NCBI GenBank assembly: GCA_039811685.1 | Contig: JBDHZC010000003.1 | Location: 128,001-192,000, forward strand | Direction: 5' to 3' | DNA: 64,000 nucleotides | Source of the DNA: Armatimonadota bacterium | Lineage (GTDB): Bacteria > Armatimonadota > UBA5829 > DSUL01 | Part shown: piece by piece, positions 58,653 through 64,000 of the stretch | Position numbering within the stretch: position 1 is the stretch's first letter | Layout of the letters: every line of letters begins with the position of its first letter | The notes under the pieces: generated by a model | What the model was told of the DNA's origin: nothing | Databases searched by the model: none | What the model saw: only the letters and a program-made list of their open reading frames with translations | Program-made: the position numbers and the translations under genes

Positions 58653-59318
58653 TCACGGCGAGGACGGCCGCAGGCGCCATTCTCGTTTGATATGCTTTGA
58701 GAGGATGACACGGTACGCGGGATGGTAGGCTCTCGCGTAAACCTCGGTGTGGCTGACTGCAGGATACCCGGCCTTCTTCATTCGCGTGTCCAGCTCTTGC
58801 CAGTCCTCGAACGTTATCTGCATTATCCGGCGCTTTTTCAGTCGCTCTCCGAGAAGCTGCCACTGCTTGATAAAGCCGGTTTTATCTGCGCGGAACTCGT
58901 TTGCTGATGCGAGGAACGCCGCCAGCACGGCTTCCTCCGAAATCCCCTGTGCTTTGGCCACTGCCAGGTTCAAGCGAACGAGTCGGCCGTCGGGCCTGAG
59001 CGCGACGATGAGCTTCTCGCCGGGATCGGGCTTGCGGAGGCCGTTCCACTCTCTGTCCAGCCAGGCGCGCGCGCCCTCAGGGTCGGATACAGCGTGTTCG
59101 CCGCCCATATTCGCCTGAAACAGCCACTTGTAGGCATCCTGCACCTGCATCGAGGGCGTGCTCTTCCATGCCTTCACATACCAGTCCAGGCCCGGTGCGC
59201 AGGCGACAGCACCGGGCAGAATCAGGCAGAAGAGTATTGCTGTCAAGAGAGGTTTCGTGTTGACCACGTTTTTGCTTTTCGCTTTGGAGCTCGCTGGAAC
59301 GAACGGGTCGAGGGACAT
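58653..59318 (-). CDS. Conserved hypothetical exported protein
   Basis: GGGAGG ribosome-binding site; motifs MQVQDAYKWLFQ...GGEH and VSHTEVYARAYHPAYRV. Confidence 0.75.
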   Translation of the reverse strand: MSLDPFVPASSKAKSKNVVNTKPLLTAILFCLILPGAVACAPGLDWYVKAWKSTPSMQVQDAYKWLFQANMGGEHAVSDPEGARAWLDREWNGLRKPDPGEKLIVALRPDGRLVRLNLAVAKAQGISEEAVLAAFLASANEFRADKTGFIKQWQLLGERLKKRRIMQITFEDWQELDTRMKKAGYPAVSHTEVYARAYHPAYRVILSKHIKREWRLRPSSP

Positions 59319-59469
59319 GCGCCCTCCCACCTGTCTACTTTCTTGACCTTCGCCATCTGGAATGTGTTTTCATCCCTCCATGTTTCCCAACCCGGAGGCC
59401 CATCGCGCGGGCAGGAGGTGAGGTCGAGTGGCTGGAGAAAGTATCTCTCGACCGCGCAGCACTGCCCGT

Positions 59470-62400
59470 TCAGCCAGCCGAAATCGCGGCCGTGTTGTTC
59501 TCTTCGTCGCGCTCAAATACCGCGTCATCCGGATCGAGCCGCACGCGGAGATGACTTCTGCTCGCACCTTCGGGCAAGGGAAGGCTGACGACAACCGTGC
59601 TCAGGGTCAGGTTGCGCGGGCTTGCCAGCGCCTTCACGGGATGCGACGAAAGCTGTTTCCATGCCCCGCCGCTTTGCTGCTCCAGCGCGACTCTGAAGGC
59701 AGAGGACGGTGCGTTCCCAATGTTGTGCACAGTAATGTATAGCTTTTGTCCTCTAACTTGAATATCACGAGTCGCGATAGCCAGATCCGGCGCCTTCACT
59801 GGAATTGTGGCGGCCTCATCGAGGCGAAGGTCAATCTCGTACTCCTTGCCTGGGGGAAGCTCAACGTAAACTGGCTGCGCCCGGTGCAGAATTTTCATCT
59901 TCTGGCGCGGACCCCAAGCGTACCGGTGTTGTCCTGCGTGCTCTCCGCCCAGGACGCGGCCTGTCATCAGGATGTATGTCCCGGGCTTCAGCAGCCACGG
60001 ACGCAGAGCGATCTTCTTCGTCTCCTTCCAGAACGAGTACATCCGTATGCGCAGGCGCTGGGGTGTGCTTTCGGTCACCAGAGCGGCAAAACCGGTGTCG
60101 GGTGTGACGTAGGTCACGGCAAAAGTTGGAGTGGACGCGTCGCGCAGCCCCTCTACTGCTCCGGTGTAGGCGCCAAAGACCGTGAGCGCATTATTCAGCG
60201 CTGCGCGGTCAGTGGACAAAACCTCGGTTGTCTGCAACTCCAGGTTGGTTCTGTTCGCCTCGGCAGTTCGTTGAAAGCTGCGCATATAGCGGTCCAGATT
60301 GTAGTCGGTCCGGTAAATCTGAGCGGGATCACCAAAGCGTCGCGTGTACTCGTCATAGACCCGCTCTCCCGTGAGATAGCGATACAGCGCTGTCTTGTTG
60401 GGATCGGCCATGCTCGCCATCGCCAGATTACAGTACTCAACCGTTCCTGGCGCGGGATTTCCTGAAGGCAGCGGCCCGAGCGTCGCCCCATCCATCAGAA
60501 GCTGAAAAGGCTTCAAAAACGTCCTGTCTCCACTTAGCGCATAGGCGCACAGGATTGCGTCGTGGATCATTGTTCCCATCTGCCCGTAGTAGTTGCGTTT
60601 TTGGTCCCACCACGGATATCCGCCGGGAGGAGAGATGGATCCGGACGGATACCAGAGGCTTTCAGGAGGCAGGCCGGGCAGCTTCGTATCGCTTTTCGAG
60701 CTGGTCGCTGCGGCCCAACCCTTGCACCATCGGAGGAACCAGTCTCTGGCCACCGGATCACCCTGCCATGCCTGCCAGATGAGGTGCTTCATCGTGCGCG
60801 CGTTGTAGCCGGTATCACCTCCGGCCTGCGGCTGGGTGTGTACCCCGTTCCATCCATACTCGCTGGACTTGAACCGCGGATAGCCTTTCGCGTCAATACC
60901 CAGAAAGCGCTCAATAATCGTCTTGCACGATCTCATGTTGCGCTCCACCCAGAGCGGGTCCCCATAGCGCAGAAAAAGCATCGTGGGCAGCGTATCCGCA
61001 GACGGCTCAGCCGAGTGCTCCACATCCCCCACCTTGTCAAAACCATCCTTCAATACAGACTTCCAGACGCCATCAGCAAGCTTCTCAATGCCGGCCTGGG
61101 CTTGTGTGGCTCCAGTCGAGATTGCGGCGATTTGCATCCAGGTGCGCATCAGCTCGACATCGTCTCCCCAGCCACCACCAAGCTGTCCATCCGGCGCCTG
61201 GCGCTTCTCGAACCAGACATCCATAAGCCGCACCTGCCGCGCGTAGGCTTCGTGAAGATAAGCCGCCCATGCAGGATGACGCTGCGTATCTGCGTTCAAC
61301 TCCTCTCCCCACGGAATCGTCTCGCCCGTGTACTCCCGAAGGATCACATTTTCTGGCCACAGCTTCTTCAGATCACGCATCCAGCCCACAGCTTCACCAA
61401 CCACCTCGTTGTTACCGCCCTCCTTTCCGTCCCAGTAGCGGTAGCGGGCCTTGTACAGCAGGGCCTTGTAGTAGAAGGGATTGTTCTCACGACCCAGAGC
61501 CACAAGTCGCGACGCCGATATTTTGCCGCTGCGCGCCATTTTCAGGTCCGCAAACCATCCTGATGCTGTGGCCAATGCGGATATCGCAGGGTTTTCCGGA
61601 CTCTTGCTCAGCAGCCGCTGCCAGGCCCGCGCCACTTCGGCTAACTCACCTGTCCGGTCGCTCTCCTGAAAACGCAGGTCGCCTGCCACATAGGACCACC
61701 CGGCCATTCCGATCAGCGTGTCCGCATGGGCCTGGAAATCGTGCAACGCGTCGGCTATCTGACCCCTGTTGAACTTATCAATCGCCGCCGAAGCCCAGGC
61801 AGGGCCATCTCCGGGGCTGTCCAGCGCCAGCTCTCTTCCTTCCCGGCTAATAGGGAGACGTGGAAGGCTTTCGAGGTATTCAGGCGTTCCCGCTGCAGGT
61901 GTTACCCGTTCATAGACGCGCACGTTGTCTGCGTACAATCCAGCCCAGGTCACAATACCGGCGCGGTCAAAGCCGGGTCCACCCAGTGGGTCCCGCACCG
62001 TTGCGTGAACGAGAACTTTCCCGTTGACCCTCAGGGTGAGCTCCCGGCCCTCCTTGGTGGCGGAAATGTGGTAGGTTTCCCCCTGCCGGATCAGCACCTT
62101 CGGATGCTGGTCAACCACGCTGAACCCGGGCCCCACAATCTGATTCACGCGGTTATTCTGGCCGCCGAACGCCAGCAGATACCTGTATCCGTACTCTGAA
62201 CTGGCCGCCAGTCCCGCCGACAGATCAACCGGCGGATAGCGAGGGTCAGCCTCCGCGTCAAACTCAAGTCGTACGTCGGGCTTGAATCCGCGGTCAATTA
62301 TCGCAAAGACGCCGCTGCCGGTGAGATGCAGGCGTCCGTTTTCAATGCTGATCTCTCCGTTCACAGCCTTCCATTCCAGACCAACTTCGTCCCTTTGAAA

Positions 62401-62517
62401 ATCGTCACTCCAAACCAGTTTCCATTGCGCATTATCGTGCCTGATCTCCGTCTGAGAGAGCGCTGCGAACGGATGGAGCCACATTACTAACATCAGAAGA
62501 TAAAGAGCACTCTTCAT
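59470..62517 (-). CDS. Large secreted protein: LamG/ConA-like N-terminus, helical core and CARDB-like C-terminus; probably glycan-active
   Basis: Signal peptide; motifs LVWSDDF and GGWGDDVE; C-terminal PDLAI...VHNIG...LDPDDAVFERDEENN. Confidence 0.7.
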   Translation of the reverse strand: MKSALYLLMLVMWLHPFAALSQTEIRHDNAQWKLVWSDDFQRDEVGLEWKAVNGEISIENGRLHLTGSGVFAIIDRGFKPDVRLEFDAEADPRYPPVDLSAGLAASSEYGYRYLLAFGGQNNRVNQIVGPGFSVVDQHPKVLIRQGETYHISATKEGRELTLRVNGKVLVHATVRDPLGGPGFDRAGIVTWAGLYADNVRVYERVTPAAGTPEYLESLPRLPISREGRELALDSPGDGPAWASAAIDKFNRGQIADALHDFQAHADTLIGMAGWSYVAGDLRFQESDRTGELAEVARAWQRLLSKSPENPAISALATASGWFADLKMARSGKISASRLVALGRENNPFYYKALLYKARYRYWDGKEGGNNEVVGEAVGWMRDLKKLWPENVILREYTGETIPWGEELNADTQRHPAWAAYLHEAYARQVRLMDVWFEKRQAPDGQLGGGWGDDVELMRTWMQIAAISTGATQAQAGIEKLADGVWKSVLKDGFDKVGDVEHSAEPSADTLPTMLFLRYGDPLWVERNMRSCKTIIERFLGIDAKGYPRFKSSEYGWNGVHTQPQAGGDTGYNARTMKHLIWQAWQGDPVARDWFLRWCKGWAAATSSKSDTKLPGLPPESLWYPSGSISPPGGYPWWDQKRNYYGQMGTMIHDAILCAYALSGDRTFLKPFQLLMDGATLGPLPSGNPAPGTVEYCNLAMASMADPNKTALYRYLTGERVYDEYTRRFGDPAQIYRTDYNLDRYMRSFQRTAEANRTNLELQTTEVLSTDRAALNNALTVFGAYTGAVEGLRDASTPTFAVTYVTPDTGFAALVTESTPQRLRIRMYSFWKETKKIALRPWLLKPGTYILMTGRVLGGEHAGQHRYAWGPRQKMKILHRAQPVYVELPPGKEYEIDLRLDEAATIPVKAPDLAIATRDIQVRGQKLYITVHNIGNAPSSAFRVALEQQSGGAWKQLSSHPVKALASPRNLTLSTVVVSLPLPEGASRSHLRVRLDPDDAVFERDEENNTAAISAG

Positions 62518-62599
62518 AGCGCCTAAGGATACCACATGGGAGACGCACAGTTCTCTATCTCGGGGAATGTGGTTTCAAGCGGTATCACAAGTCGTCAGC

Positions 62600-62628
62600 T
62601 TGACACAAGCCGCGCTTTGCTGTACCTT
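62600..62628 (+). promoter_or_regulatory. Sigma70-type promoter
   Basis: TTGACA-17 nt-TACCTT upstream of the prepilin gene. Confidence 0.6.
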
Positions 62629-62660
62629 AGAGGAAGAAGGTAGTCTTTTCGGAGTCGATT

Positions 62661-63461
62661 GTGGCTTTTTCAAGAAATCTGCGGCTCTATGCCTGGTCCG
62701 CGCCCTTCAGACGGTCGTCTAAGGGTTTCACGCTGATAGAGTTGTTAGTGGTGATTGCGATCATCGCTATTCTGGCTGCCATTCTGTTCCCTGTGTTCTC
62801 ACGCGTGCGCATGCGCGCCAACGTCGCGAAGTGCACCAGCAACATGGCGCAGCTTGCCAAGGCCATGGTCATGTATGCCAATGACAACAAGGGCTATCTT
62901 CCAACTCCGGGGTGGAGTGGAGACTGGCCGAACTGGGCAGGATGCAAACCTCCGCAGGCGACTGCGCAGATGCCGAAGGCCAACTGGGTCTATCCAGAGG
63001 CCGGACAGATCTGGCCGTACGTGAAAGCTGCCAGGGTCTATCTTTGTCCGCAGGATGTGAAGAGGGCCGCTAACCCGGACTACTGGGATCCGCCGGCTGG
63101 TAAGTCCATCAAGGACATGCCGTTGTCCTACTCTATGAACGGCCGCTTTTCAACGGGAAATCCGGACGGTAGCGGGGCTACACCGATGGACAGCGTGCGT
63201 GGAAATATTGACCCTGCGCAGATAATGCTGCTCATTCAGGAGGCTCGAAACCGGGAAGATACCTCCCCGGTAGTCTGGTCTGCTGGAATGAATGATTCGG
63301 TGTTTGATGCGCACCCGGGCAACTTACAGGACAATCCGAACCACGTGCACTACGACGGTACATGTGTAGCCTACCTGGACGGTCACGCGAAATGGAAGCC
63401 GTACAAGCAGCTCGATACAGAGCACAGAAATGGGCAATGGATGCCCTATTCGCGGTATTGA
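62661..63461 (+). CDS. Prepilin-type N-terminal cleavage/methylation protein (DUF1559/H-X9-DG type)
   Basis: [30 protein letters not shown] and terminal HYDGTCVAYLDGH. Confidence 0.92.
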   Translation: MAFSRNLRLYAWSAPFRRSSKGFTLIELLVVIAIIAILAAILFPVFSRVRMRANVAKCTSNMAQLAKAMVMYANDNKGYLPTPGWSGDWPNWAGCKPPQATAQMPKANWVYPEAGQIWPYVKAARVYLCPQDVKRAANPDYWDPPAGKSIKDMPLSYSMNGRFSTGNPDGSGATPMDSVRGNIDPAQIMLLIQEARNREDTSPVVWSAGMNDSVFDAHPGNLQDNPNHVHYDGTCVAYLDGHAKWKPYKQLDTEHRNGQWMPYSRY

Positions 63462-63620
63462 TATAATTCTATTCGCAGGAGTTGTGTTTCAGTGATGAGG
63501 CATTTTTCAGTTACAAGGCATTGGAATCGCGGTTTTAGACAAGCACGGACAATCTGCACAACTGATTGGGCGATGCGTGCTTCCGGTCAAAGCTCTATTG
63601 GCCTGATCTCTCCTGGCCGG

Positions 63621-64000
<380 letters not shown>

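Larger units (their letters stand above)
54914..59398. repeat. REP-like family A, six dispersed copies: (TTT)CATCCCTCCAGGT-TTCCCA-ACCTGGAGG
   Basis: Copies at 54914-54941 (+), 54996-55029 (full palindrome), 55762-55793 (-), 56458-56485 (+), 57750-57778 (-) and 59371-59398 (+). Confidence 0.9.

Noticed and set aside
54914..59398. CRISPR array made of the ~30-bp palindromic repeats
   Set aside because: Spacing is irregular (about 80 bp to 1.6 kb), orientations are mixed, whole genes lie between copies and no cas genes are present.

Overview
A 64 kb bacterial chromosomal window. It is most consistent with Armatimonadota, an inference from tandem DUF1559-type prepilin genes, many secreted glycan-active proteins and a recurring C-terminal domain. 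Most of the window is ordinary content: uppP, a KimA/USP/TrkA potassium locus, a GlmL-like gene pair, nagZ, glmS, udgB, tRNA-Gln(CTG), an scpA-scpB-dac-rluB-btuFCD run, glycoside hydrolases and large secreted proteins. The exception is about 54.9-59.4 kb, where an intact REP-associated HUH/Y1 transposase (RAYT type) sits in a mosaic of three palindromic repeat families. Inverted repeat pairs there bracket small cargo units that look like [toxin tail]-[immunity-like gene]-[Rhs core stub], alongside three truncated 5' ends of a second Y1 transposase. This suggests a RAYT/REP-built array of captured Rhs immunity cassettes. Other points of interest are a shared C-terminal domain on three unrelated exported proteins, a 20-aa repeat protein, and several structured non-coding leaders. 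All functional calls come from motif recognition by eye; no database searches were run.
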